A stretch of DNA of 63,996 nt, the filler included, from Octopus bimaculoides (lineage: Eukaryota), in the NCBI RefSeq assembly GCF_001194135.2. It is 6 parts of 6 records of this genome, joined end to end, with 100 filler letters (N's around TTAATTAATTAA, not from the genome) between each part and the next. Parts side by side here need not be neighbours in the genome. Positions count along the whole stretch, not along the records: positions 38,186 to 58,476 come from NC_069004.1; 5 more parts are not named here. One strand, given 5' to 3'. Of the stretch, positions 38,895 through 50,838 are shown piece by piece. Positions within the stretch are counted from its first letter, which is position 1. Each line of letters begins with the position of its first letter. Made by a program: the position numbers and the translations under genes. Below the pieces are notes generated by a model, which searched no databases, was not told where the DNA came from, and saw only the letters and a program-made list of their open reading frames with translations.

Positions 38895-39595
38895 CGAGGA
38901 GGTACCCAAATGTAACCGGAAATGTTCTCTATGAGACAAGCCCGTTGTAGTTCAGGCTTCCGCCGCAAGAAGCCACTTGGTGCGACCCTCAGGCATCAAT
39001 CTGCCGACCGGCGTTACGATGTGCGATCCCACTGCCACGTAGTGTGCCTTCTGTTTTGTAGTGCTTCTCCCCTGTTCGTCGATTTTTGCGATGGTTGAAA
39101 TGAAGGAACGGCGTGCTTCCGTGAAATTCTGTTTTCTGCTGTGGAAAACAGCGGCCGAGATGGTTATCACGCTTCAAACAGCTTACAAGCACGCTGTCAT
39201 GATCATAATACAAGTTTACAAGTGGTTTCCATGCTTTAGGAACGGTCACTTATCGCTTGAAGATCAACCTCGTTCAGGACGACTGTCGACCTCCCGAACG
39301 AATGAAAAACATCATGAAAATTCATGAAGTGATCTTGAAGGCCAGTCACCGAACAACTGATGAACGTGTTGATATGACCGATGTGTCCTGAACCTCCTGC
39401 CATCGAATTTTAGGAGAGAAATTTCGAATGAAAATAGATGCGGAAGATCAAAATCAGCCACCACTGAATGTATGTCGTGAACTGAAAGAACCGTTGGAAG
39501 TTGATCCGGACTTTTTATCTAAGGCCATCACTGGTGATGAAAGCTGGTGCTACGGAATTTGCAGATGTGGAAGAGGTGAAGAAAAAGACGACAAC
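38895..39595 (+). mobile_element. mariner (Tc1/mariner) transposon with an internal deletion
   Basis: TA|CGAGGAGGTACCC terminus, then RASVKFCF, QVYKWF, LED.PRSGR.ST and ITGDESWCYG joined directly to the C-terminal FADVEEVKKKT. Confidence 0.9.
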
Positions 39596-40180
39596 CTGAT
39601 TGCTACTGAGTGCTTCTCAAAAGCTTATTTCAGTTTTCTGTCTCACCAGATCATGAATAGGCCCGCTACGTCCCCAGCCACACTGACACAGATGGCTGTT
39701 CCTTGAACTTGTATATATAGCTCCTCATTGAATTCAACTATATGGTGCTGTAGGGTGGGCTTTAAACTTTCACCCACTGCATGTGCGGTGGTTTTCCTAG
39801 CTGTTGATGTGATTGTGGTTGGTCTACCGCATTCTGACCTAGTGGGACAGAATCTACTTAGGTCGTAGTGATCTAAGTATTCTCGATCGTAAATGGGCTT
39901 CAGGGGGAGGCCCATTTCCATCGTGTTCACCTCACAGAAGACTACCTCGTTCTCGGAGATAAATTCCACATATCTTTCTACAGCAAGGTCAATACCGATA
40001 GATGGGTAGAGTGATACCACATCCATACTGCTTCCCATACATTCTGTCAGGTCGTAGGAGCGGTTACATTCATTAACCCTGCTGAAGAGCTCTTCTGTGC
40101 TTTCACAAACACCAGGAGACATCTCACTGTCTCCTCGGGACACTTGCAAAAGAAGTATGATAGCCACACACACATACAGC
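39596..40180 (-). mobile_element. Penelope-like reverse transcriptase fragment
   Basis: VCESTEEL, SMDVVSLYPSI and FNEELYIQVQGTAI...AGDVAGLFM (RT motifs A and B'). Confidence 0.7.
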
Positions 40181-40182
40181 CT

Positions 40183-40402
40183 GGCAGAAACGTTAGCACG
40201 CCGGGCGAAATGCTTTGCGGTATTTCGTCGACCGTTACGTTCTAAGTTCAAATTCCGCCGAGGTCAACTTTGCCTTTCATCCTTTCGGGGTCGATCAAAT
40301 AAGTACCAGTTAATCACTGGGGTTGATGTAATCGACTTAATCCCCTTGTCTGTCCTTGTTTGTCCCCTGTATGTTTAGCTCCCTATGGGCAATAAGGAAA
40401 TA
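40183..40402 (+). mobile_element. SINE family B
   Basis: ctggcagaaacgttagcacgccgggcgaaatgc...gtaccagtt...aaagaaata-type tail. Confidence 0.85.
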
Positions 40403-40540
40403 AAAAATTATCCAAAGAAAAAAGAATCCAGTGCCTTGTAATGAATTATGACAGCATTCTGAAGAAGAATGGTAATGTTAAAAATCCTAGGACACAACTA
40501 AACATCTGACTCATAAAAGTTCACAATAGGCACTGGTTCG

Positions 40541-40797
40541 GATGATTCTCAACCATTTTTCGCCTATGGATCCCTTTGATTCCTATTTTTCTCTACTAGA
40601 CCTCCATAACAACAATTCGATGTATATAAAAGAAACCCTATTGTATTCTTATAATTAAACATTATTAGGAATTGTACAAAACAAATTAGATACTGTGGAA
40701 GTATGAACAATTTATTTTACATAAATTTTAACAACAAAATTTTGCATGGACCCCTCACACACACCCAGGGCCATATGGGCCCCGGTTGCGAACCACT
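40541..40797. mobile_element. hAT-like MITE
   Basis: Imperfect TIRs tgattctcaacc and ggttgcgaacca. Confidence 0.5.
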
Positions 40798-43004
40798 TTT
40801 TTTTTAATGTGCTGCTTCTTCAACATCATACCCAAACTTTAATGGCCAATCCTGTTATAGGTCTTCTCCATGACACGTGCACAAACAATGTAGAGATTGT
40901 GCAATACATTCGTGCAAAGACGACGGAGTATTTCTCCAACTTTCAACTCGGTCAAATTCTACAGTATAACCTCCAAGCTCCGCTCACCAATTGCATTAAT
41001 GGTGGAAGAATGCAAAAGCCATTAAATTAGAACAGTCAGAAAACTGATAGTACCCGAGGGTAACAAAGTCAAACCCGCCATCAAAGGCATATAGGGCGCA
41101 GGAAGTGGAAGTTCTAGGAACGAGAAATATACTGGTCACAGCAGGGAATCGTTATAATGGTCTGTCAAGAATGGCTACGATTTGGCAACACCAGCACCAA
41201 GAGTCGGAGAAATTTTGTGCCATAGATAAGAGAGGGTGCATTGTGCAGAGGGTCCGACAACCATTAGATAGAGGTCATCATGTAAAAGCGGTTGGTGTTG
41301 CTTGCCAGAAGAAATGGATCGAGTAAACCCAGTACTTGAGTGACTACTGTTCTGAAGGGAGCGCTACAATATTGAAAGTTGTCCTTCTTCCTGTTTGTTG
41401 TGGCAGACTTCTTGCCAACCCCACAAAAAACTTAAAATGTGGGGCAAAGAAGACGACCCATCAGGGAAGCAGTGTGGAGCAATTCTGTACTCTGAACCAC
41501 AATTTGACTAATGTCCAAAGGCACTAGGAAAATGTAAATACAAGTGGAAGTATGACAAGGCCCTTACTAAAATCAATCATGTGGATGAACCTTCAGAGAG
41601 TTAAGGCCAGCAAACAGCAAACATCGCCACTCAAAGCATCAAGTTCTTCAGAGATGGTGATAAAACACCTAAGGCAAAAGCAGCCGTAGGAGACTTGTTT
41701 TCTATTTTGCCTCTGCGAAATATAAGTGGATCTTCATGATTCGTCGTTCCGAAAGAGAGAGCAATAATCTCGCGCCAACTAGACATGGTTCTTCTACCCA
41801 GAACAAAAACCGTAAGTGGTTGAACTCACAGAGTACTGGAAGGACACACTGACACACTTAATAGTGAAAGGATGATATGCAACCTCATTTCATTCCCAAT
41901 TGAAATCGGCTGCTATAATTTCTAAGCAAAAGGCAACCCGCTGTTGCTTCCAAAAATTGGTTTGCAACACAAACAACTGAAGAAAGCCGCGAGGAAGATC
42001 GCCATGATAACTGTGAGCAGCTCAAGACGGTTGTGGTTGAGACGAAAGTTTATTCAGCCCTCGTTGCATAAGAGACGAAACGTTGCGCCTGTGACATACC
42101 TGCAATAACTTTAGTCCCATCAAGAAAAAGTTGTCCTTCCTCCTGTGTGCTGTGGCAGACCTCTTGCCAACTCGATACAATCTTAAAAGCTGGGACAAAG
42201 AAAATGATCCATCAGGAAAACAGTGTGGAGCAATTCTGCACTCTAAGCCACAAATTGACTAATGTCCAACGGAACTAGGAAAAGATAGGTACTAGTAGAA
42301 GCACGACAAAGCCCTTACCAAAATTACCAAGGGGACAAACCTGCGAAGAAAGCATATTTTTAAATAGCTCCTGCAAGTAGGTGGGGGTTAGTTATCGCCA
42401 ATGTATAGTTCACCTCAAGTCTACGGGAAATAACTCTTCAATCATATAGAAGGAATTGCTTCTCATCGATTATTTTTTCAACTCGTTTAACTAGTATTAT
42501 CAAAATTATTTTCTATTTCCACAGAAAGAAAAATCCAGATATCCACTCTCATTTCACAGCTCAAAATAACAAAAACAAACACACCAGCATAAAAGACTTC
42601 CTGCGAATATTCTGCTTGAGGTTACGAGGGAAACCTCTATGCGGCCAATTTTCGTCGCTAGAAAAAACAGCTAGACATCTCGTAAGTTCAACTGCAGCGT
42701 TTTTCTTTATTTAATATAATTTTTTTTTTTTTTTATTTTATTCATCCGTGACTAATATATAGTCACGGATGAATAAAATAAAATAAAAGGACTGGTATCG
42801 CTGGGAAACATTTAATTGTCGTTGAACTGAATCATGCCTTGAATAGGATAAAAATGACCAGGTCACATCCACATCATGAGTCTGGGTGATTCACAGAGAC
42901 ACAAACAGTACGTAACCTGTCTCTATTAAAAGAGAGAATGCTGCAAAATAAAACACCCAGAAATATAGGAACCTTGCAATTCTGAACGGCAACGAAGACA
43001 AAAA

Positions 43005-43257
43005 CCATTCATTATTTACATTCGATGGGTATTTGTTCTCATCTTGTTTGTTGTTAACACAACTTTTCGGCTGGTATACCCTCCAGCCTTCTTCAGGTGT
43101 CTTGGGGAAATTTCGAACCTGGGTTCTCATTCCTAAGGTATTTTTCGATGTTGTTATTATTATTATTATAATTATTAGTGTTCAGGTCACTGCTTGGAAT
43201 CGAACTCGGAATCTTGGGGTTAGAAGCCCGCGCTCTTAACCACTACGCCATATGCCC
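43005..43257 (-). mobile_element. Short element: tRNA-like head, (AAT)n and a hammerhead-like 3' module
   Basis: A box TGGCGTAGTGG (43250-43240), B box GTTCGATTC (43205-43197), hammerhead core at 43101-43056, and TTTTT at 43004-43000. Confidence 0.75.
43056..43101 (-). ncRNA. Minimal type I hammerhead ribozyme-like motif
   Basis: GACAC-CUGAAGA-A-GGCUGG(8 nt)CCAGCC-GAAA-A-GUU-GUGUU. One core-adjacent position is A where C is expected. Confidence 0.6.
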
Positions 43258-43387
43258 TTTCAATACAAAAATCATTCGTTTATAATTGTATAAAGACATT
43301 TAATAAGAAATAACCATACGAAATGATTTATGTCCCTTGCACCATTGAACACGTTTAAAAGGATTTCACAAAGCCAAGCCAAGAAGG

Positions 43388-43735
43388 AGATATGTAATTG
43401 CGTAGTTGTGTAGTAAGGAGCTTACTTCCCAACCACACAGTTCCAGGTTCAGTCCCACTGCATGACACCCTGGGCAAGTAGCTTCAATAATAGTCTCGGG
43501 CTGACCAAAGCTTTGTGAGTGAACTTAACATGTGCGTATGTGAGTGTGTATTTGTGTCCCGCCACCGCTTGGCAACCCGTGTTGGTGTATTTACATCCCT
43601 GTAATTTCGTCGTTCGACAAAAGAAACCAAGGATTTTTTTAAAAATAAATCCCAGGCTAGATTTGTTCGATTAAAACTCTTCAAAGCAGTGCCCCAGCAT
43701 GGCCGTAGTCAAATGACTGAAACGATATATATGTT
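43388..43735 (+). mobile_element. SINE family A
   Basis: tRNA-like head, ctgggcaagt core and gtcaaatgactgaaac tail. Confidence 0.8.
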
Positions 43736-44486
43736 AAATCATTAATCCCTACACACATTTCCCCTCTCAGTGAGAAATGTCCAGTCTACCCACCCAGGGG
43801 CCTGTGCATTTAGTGACAATGATTGTTTTTGTGCTCCTGGATAGCAGAAACATGTCTGGTCACAATGATGTTATCAATATCTCTTCCTGAAAGATTATAC
43901 AGCTTGAAATTCCAAGAACTTCGTAACACATGTGAATTCTATGCATCTTCCTTTTCGTCATTAATTTGAAATTTCCCGTGCTAGGAAGTTGGTTATCTCC
44001 CTTGCATTGACGGCCATAAACAGAAGCAAACACACACACACAGCTTTATTTTCTCAAGAGAAAATTAGAAGCATTTCTATACATTTTTGTAGTTCCTGCA
44101 GTGGTGCATACACAACTTGCTGAGCTGGAAACTCTCTCCTATGATTTGTGTCTCTAAGTCCTACGGAGTGAAAAGCGAAGATGTAGAGACGACTATAAAA
44201 TATGACAATGCACAGCGTCTAACAGAAATGCATGTGCAGAATTAATTCTTGATGCTGTGAAAGTCAATTTAATCACTACTCGATGTATGAAGACAATGTA
44301 GCAGGTATTTCTGTGCAATTAAGATGCTTGCTTCCCAACCACATAGTTTCAGGCTTAGTCCCATTACAGGATACACTGGGCATGTGTCTTCTACTGCAGT
44401 CTTGGGCTGACCAAAGCCTTGTGAGTGGATTTGGTAGACGGTAACTGGAAGAAGCCCATACATAATGCATGTACAGTGTGTGTATT

Positions 44487-44860
44487 GGAACTCCATCGCT
44501 TACGACGTCGAGGGTTCCAGTTGATCCGATCAACGGAAACAGCCTGCTCGTGAAATTAACGTGCAAGTGGCTGAGCACTCCACAGACACGTGTACCCTTA
44601 ACGTAGTTCTCGGGGAAGATTCAGCGTAACAAAGTGTGACAAGACTGGGCCTTTGAAATACAGGTACAACAGAAACAGGAAGTAAGAGAAAGTTGTGGTG
44701 AAAGAGTACAGCAGGATTCGCTACCATCCCCTGCCGGAGCCTCGTGGAGCTTTAGGTGTTTTCACTCAATAAACACTCACAACGCCCGGTCTGGGAATCG
44801 AAATCGCGATCCTATGACCACGAGTCCGCTGCCCTAACCATTAGGCCATTGCACCTCCAC
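44487..44860 (-). mobile_element. SINE family C variant
   Basis: tRNA-like head (TGGCCTAATGG, TTCGATTCC). The 3' part is shared with 27511-27830 but the central segment differs. Confidence 0.8.
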
Positions 44861-45826
44861 ACATGTACAGTAACCACTCACCATATCGTGGTTCACCTAT
44901 TGTACCCTCAGTACATCACAGATTTTTCTGGCTAGTATATGTAAATTTATATCACAGGCTTCTGAAGCTGATATGCATTTATGTTTCTTTTTTATTTTAC
45001 TTATTTCTGTGGTAAAATAAGCATTTTCACGCCTAAAAATGAATAATGGGTGTGTGTATCCATGTCCTTGTCTCGAAATCATGTGATAGTTATAAATTTA
45101 GCTGACCATCATACAAGCAGCGTCTCTCATTTCCAGTCATCCATAAAAATATAGACAACCATGGAGAATTACAAACTTGCTTGGAAATAGTGAGGATGGA
45201 AGACAGGTAGAGCATCCAGCTGTAGAAAATCTACCTCACTAAATTCTGTCTGACCTATGCAGCCATGAGAAAGTGGATGCTAAAATGATGCTTACTCAAT
45301 ATAGAAGAATTCTTATCCCATGCAGTCACATTAAACAAAATCTAACATAGAAATAGTTCAAAGAGATTTTAATTGTAATAATTTACATTTCACATTAAAC
45401 TGAATTCATAAAATAACAATCAAATTTTATACTTTACAAAAATTCTTTAAATATCCATTTCACATTTTGGCACAAAACCAGCAATTTCAGAAGAGGGAAT
45501 AAATCGATTACATCGACCCCAGGGCTCAGCAGATATTTATTTTATTGACCCCCACAAGGTGCAGCCTTCTGGCTTGCCAGTCCTCAGTCAAATCGTCCAA
45601 CTCATGCTAACATGGAAAGCGGACATTAAACGATGATGATGACAATGATGATGAAGCAGTCATGTGATGTGCAGAATCAATTCAGCTGCAATAAGCCAAA
45701 TGTATGTTTTACTTGTACGTGTGGTTAGAGAAAATACTGTGTGGGGATTCTGTTATTATACACTATTATATCTCCTTTTGTGTGTAAAAAAAATATATTA
45801 TTGACATAAATCATTTTATATTCATT

Positions 45827-46516
45827 TCAAGGAATGAGTTTCGAGTGATGAATATGCGAATGTTTAATTAAGGAACTATTTTCAGAAAATGATTTACCAC
45901 AGGTATCACAATGGTATGGCCGCTCTCCTGTATGAGTGCGTATATGATTTGTTAATTGATCATTGCGAGAGAATGATTTACCACATGTAACACAGCAATA
46001 CGGCTTTTCTCCTGTATGAATACGTTTGTGTTTAGTTAAGTGAACATTTTGAGAGAAAGATTTACCACAGGTAACACACTGATATGGTTTACCTCCTGTG
46101 TGAGTGTGTTTGTGACGAGTTAAATGATGATTTAGCGTAAAAGATGTACCACAAATTTGACAGCAAAATGGCTTCTCTCCTGTATGAACACGTTTGTGTC
46201 TACTTAAATTATGACTTTCAGAGAATGATTTACCACAGATATCACAACGATATGGTTTGTCACCTGTATGAGTACGTTTGTGTTTAATTACAGCGCAACT
46301 TTGAGAGAATGTCTTACCACAGATATCACACTGATATGGTTTCTCTCCTGTGTGGCTGCGTTTATGAACTGCAATATTCTTTCGATTGAATAATTTTCCA
46401 CAGATATCACAGTGTGATTTTTCACTTGTTTGAGTATATTTATGACTCCTTAAGTGAGCTGTTTCAGAAAAACCAATCTTTTTACATTGTGTTTTATAAT
46501 TAAGCTTTTTTTCCAT
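45827..46516 (-). CDS. C2H2 zinc-finger protein, 229 aa, 7 tandem fingers
   Basis: Uninterrupted ORF with C-x2-C-x12-H-x3-H repeats and TGEKP-type linkers; the first finger has x11. An in-frame stop lies upstream at 46604-46606, so the start is Met46516 unless splicing supplies more sequence. Confidence 0.85.
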   Translation of the reverse strand: MEKKLNYKTQCKKIGFSETAHLRSHKYTQTSEKSHCDICGKLFNRKNIAVHKRSHTGEKPYQCDICGKTFSQSCAVIKHKRTHTGDKPYRCDICGKSFSESHNLSRHKRVHTGEKPFCCQICGTSFTLNHHLTRHKHTHTGGKPYQCVTCGKSFSQNVHLTKHKRIHTGEKPYCCVTCGKSFSRNDQLTNHIRTHTGERPYHCDTCGKSFSENSSLIKHSHIHHSKLIP

Positions 46517-47344
46517 ATTTCTATGCTCATCAAAATATACAGATGTTTTTTTCTTCTTTTCCTTTTGATATTTTATTTCTACAAATATATATTCTCCTAT
46601 ACTTCAACGAACTGTGATTTTTACCAATACCTGACGATGTTGCAAGCTAATTGGTAAATTTCTCCAAGTTTACATCTGTCCTGTTTAACAGCTTCCTTTA
46701 GTCTTTGAAAAACAAGCAATAATGATGAAACATCTGAAATACAGACAAAAGTATTTTATGCCTATGTCATCTCATATTCTGAAATAAAACAATAAAAAAC
46801 GTAGTTAAAAAATGCTGAAATTCAGCAATGAATATTTTGCTATGTTTCTACACTAAGAAACTAGATATAAAATTAACTTTTAACTGAACAATGTACTGTA
46901 CCTCTTTTCTTTCTCTCTCTTTTTCTCTAATTATGTCAAATCATTACCAACAGGCTAAGTAATGCAATGACAAACAGAAATATCATAAAATAGGTAAAAT
47001 TTAGTGCGTCAATTATGTTACCTCACTGCCCCTTACAACATGCCCAAGTAGAGAGCCTCTACAGTAGACTATGTAGATATTATAATCATCTTCCTTTCAA
47101 TAGTGTATTGCTTTATGTTTCATTGCCCTAAAGCAATGCATATCGCAATATCTTTCACTCTGAGAAAGAAGTCCTTTGTTACTTGCAGAAGTAATAGCTT
47201 CTTGAACTTTTTCCAAACCTTTTTTTTATTCTTGGTATGACACTTTTGGTACACCCACTTCTCCTGCTATTTTCGTCCCCTATATAACAAAAGCTTTCAG
47301 TTACTTTTACACCTAGTAGACAGTTTTATTTTTTTATTTTGTTT

Positions 47345-47760
47345 TGGTAACCGTGCACTAATACCGAAAGGGGGAAAAAAACGGACCTTGCGAACTTTCC
47401 GCCAGTCCTTTCCCCACCTCTTCAGAAAGCATTTTCCCCACAAATTTCCTTATAATCGTGATCTATGCTGTTTGAAAGGTGCTTCTGTAAAATTTCATTA
47501 AAAGATATCAATTTTCTTGAAAGTTAAGAGGGGGAAAAAATGGATCGTGTGAATTTTCCGAAATCCTCTCCCCACCCTTTCGGAAAACATTTTCCCCAGA
47601 AATTTCTTTATAATCGTAATCTGTACGATTTGAACGGTATTTCTATAAAATTTCATCAATATATATATCCATTTTCCTGAAAGTTATAAAGTTATAAAGG
47701 GAAAAATCGGATCTTGTGAATTTTCCGAAAGTCCTCCCCGTTCGTTTGCGCAAATTTTTA
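47345..47760. repeat. About 2.3 tandem copies of a ~160-170-bp unit
   Basis: ggggaaaaaa.gga....g.gaa.tttcc...cattttcccca.aaattt.ttataatcgt.atct recurs at about 47369, 47530 and 47699. Confidence 0.75.
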
Positions 47761-50700
47761 TTTTTTCATATTCATTTTCTACACATTTTTTTTTTTTACC
47801 CCCAGTAGGCTGGAGTTCTTTTTGTTTTCGTTAACGGGTCTCAAACTGTATATTGATCCTTTTGAATGCTTATTGCCCTAGTGCATATGAAATCTACCTT
47901 CTCTGACAGCTCACCCGGGATCTCATTTCACTTCTCGTGTGTCCATTATTTACCCTAGGTCCAACTTATGTAATTTACACCTATTAACAGTTTCGCCATT
48001 CTGATAGCATCAGAGTCCTCTATCTACCAAATCCATACACAAGGGCTTGGTCAGCATGAAGCTACAGTAGAAAACACTCCTTCCTCCTTATTCAATCTTA
48101 AATCTAAACAATCGCAAACTTTGGACTATGTAGTGCCGTACGTGCTTCTAAATTTAGTGGGAGCGAGCACAAAAAAAAAAAAAAACTGGAGCCACAACAC
48201 AGACCAAACAATTATTAACTCATTTCTCTTACATTACGCGAAATATTTCATTAGTTATAATATATGTAATTATATTCAACGTTCATTAATTTCATATTTC
48301 AGTAACAATGTCATTATGTATGAAACTTACAACTACTGATATCTGATATAGGTGTGGCATGAAAAAGATAGAATTCTGCGGGATTGACCTGTGTAAGATT
48401 ATGACGTTACGGTTTGTTTTGGTTATTTGGATGTCAGCAGCCATCAACGCATCACAGGAGATTGAGCGGACAGTTCAAAACCACGGGAGGTTGGACAAAT
48501 AAAGTAATGACCCCAAAAAGTTCTTCCAAAACCATGCGATTAACAAAAAGAAAAGAGAGAGAGAGATTCGACTTTTATCGCATAAATGAACTAAATAGTT
48601 TTTAAAATTTTGCTAAGCCACTGTGATGAAGAAAATATCGATAATTTGACTCCCAAATACCTGACTACTATTTATGATGTTCACTAAATCTATAATTTCA
48701 CTAATATTGCATGTAACATTCGACTCTGGAATGACAAATATAAAGATTAAAATTTCATTTCGGAAGTATTACCGTCTACGTAAATGTAAGGACACGGAAA
48801 TATCGTTCTTCATTGGTGTTAGATTTTCTCACTTCTATAGCATAAGAATATCCTGACTTCTAAACTGTATGTTACGAGTCAGGGTATTCCAGAACCGGGC
48901 CGTGTATCATTTGGAACTGGGCCGCACGGAAATAATTTTTCAATTTACTTTCTAAAGCACTGACAAGCGCAGACTGTAGGGTGTTTTTGTAGTTTCCTGT
49001 GTTAAAATGTAGTAACATAGTTCTTTATAGAACAGCCATGTTATAGTGGCAAAGAAAGAAAACAAACACATTACAGTCTAGTATTGCTACTACTTATGTC
49101 TCTCTATAGGCAGGTGCCCAGTACCGAAGAAGAATAAAGACCCAGAAACAATAGACTAGTTGCCAAAACGGAGGGCTGTGATTCGCTCCCTTATTGACAA
49201 TATATCGGACAAAGGTTGTATCGTTAACCAGCTGGAAAATTCGATTTTCTGTAGTTAAAATGTAGTGACAGTTCTTTATAGAGCCATGTTCTATAACGTG
49301 TGTGCGTATATATATATATATAGATATACATACATACACACAGACTCACACACATTTATATTTCATATATATACATAATACATAAAGATATGTGTGTGTG
49401 TGTGTGTGTGTAGTATTATAATCATTCGATTATATATGATGCACTTTATTGCGTTTTCTTCTGCGCGTGATCACTTCATCCGTGCTGCAAAAATATAGAC
49501 AACTGCTCTATATGAAACCTAACTAATTAAACATATTATTTCAGTAAAACAAACCTTTGTCAACTGACCGTTTCCAAGTGTAAGCAGTGAATCAGTGTGT
49601 TGTATCTTTTCTCCCAACTACCATAAAACTAATCTCCAACATCTTTGGCCGTCATTTCGTATTCTGTTACAATGAGGTTGGGAAATTGTATTTTTGTTTT
49701 TCGCCACAGTTTCGATGTATACAGTACGCGTCAGCATATTTGCAATATTATGACACCTTGTTTTAATATATTATTATCACCTTTTGTTCTTCTCTTACTG
49801 TCGTATGCTATATACTTTACTTCTTTTAATGTTTACCGTGTATACTTTTTTTTGTCCCCGTATGTGGCTATCCTTCGCTGTAATTATAATTCTTGTCAAC
49901 TGAAGCACATGCTTTTGTTTACATCTAATCGGCCTTTTCTGAAAAGGAGGGATGGGGAATGACTGGGGAAGACGGTACGGTGAGCCTTTCTGCTTTGCAT
50001 AACCATTGACGAGAGAGGAAGTTTCATAGAAACAGAAGAAAGCGATAGTCGGTGACCGATAAACAAAGAGAGAGAGAGAGGGAGGGAGAGATAGAGAGGG
50101 GGAGAGAGAGGGGGAGAGAGAGAGAGAGAGAGAGAGTTTCATAGATACAGAATATATTTTTAACAAGTTGAAAGAACGAATCGTTATACAAAGAAAGAAA
50201 GAAAGAAAGAAAGACAAGGCTACACCAACTCACACACACACACGCGCGCATAAAACAGGCTTCTTTTAGTTTCTGCCCACCAAATTCACTTACAATGATT
50301 TGGGCAGCCTCAGGCTATAATAGAAAACACCCAAGGTGCCACACAGTGAGACTGAACCTGGAACCAAGTGTTTGGGAAGCAAACTCCTTAACCACAGTCA
50401 TGTCAGCATCCCTACATATATTTATGGTTAATAACATGAGTTTTGAATGAGAACATAATTTCCAACAAATTTCATTTCATAATATTTTACCTCTTTATTT
50501 TTAAAGTACTTTAGTGAATAGATTTTTATCCAGGATTATGAGACCTGAAGCCTATGAATAATTTCCATTATATTACATACAAGAGATGTCCAGTCTGTAT
50601 TCAGTTGTAGACTGTAAGTATAGTCTTATTTTACACTGAATGATTCCCTTATATGTCTCACGCTATTGAATTTATCTGTCCAGTCTTTATTCATTACAAA

Positions 50701-50838
50701 CTTGAAGTTTACAATCCATAATTAAAGATTTCCCAAAGAATTCAGTGAAGAGGGTTTTTTTGCAACTAAGAACACATTTGTAGACTACAAGATGAGATGT
50801 CAAAGAGAATGATTCCAATCGAATTCACCATGATAAAA

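Noticed and set aside
39590-39650. In-frame TGA after the PLE RT motif (LFMIW*D) as a possible selenocysteine
   Set aside because: The position looks like a mutated Trp codon, another stop follows within a few codons, and no SECIS was seen.
41968-42085. CTGAAGA ... GAAACGTT as another hammerhead
   Set aside because: No stem I or stem II pairing could be built.
43185-43257. A genuine tRNA-Arg(TCT) gene
   Set aside because: The acceptor stem does not pair, and the sequence runs into a repeat-like body. It is treated as a SINE-type head.
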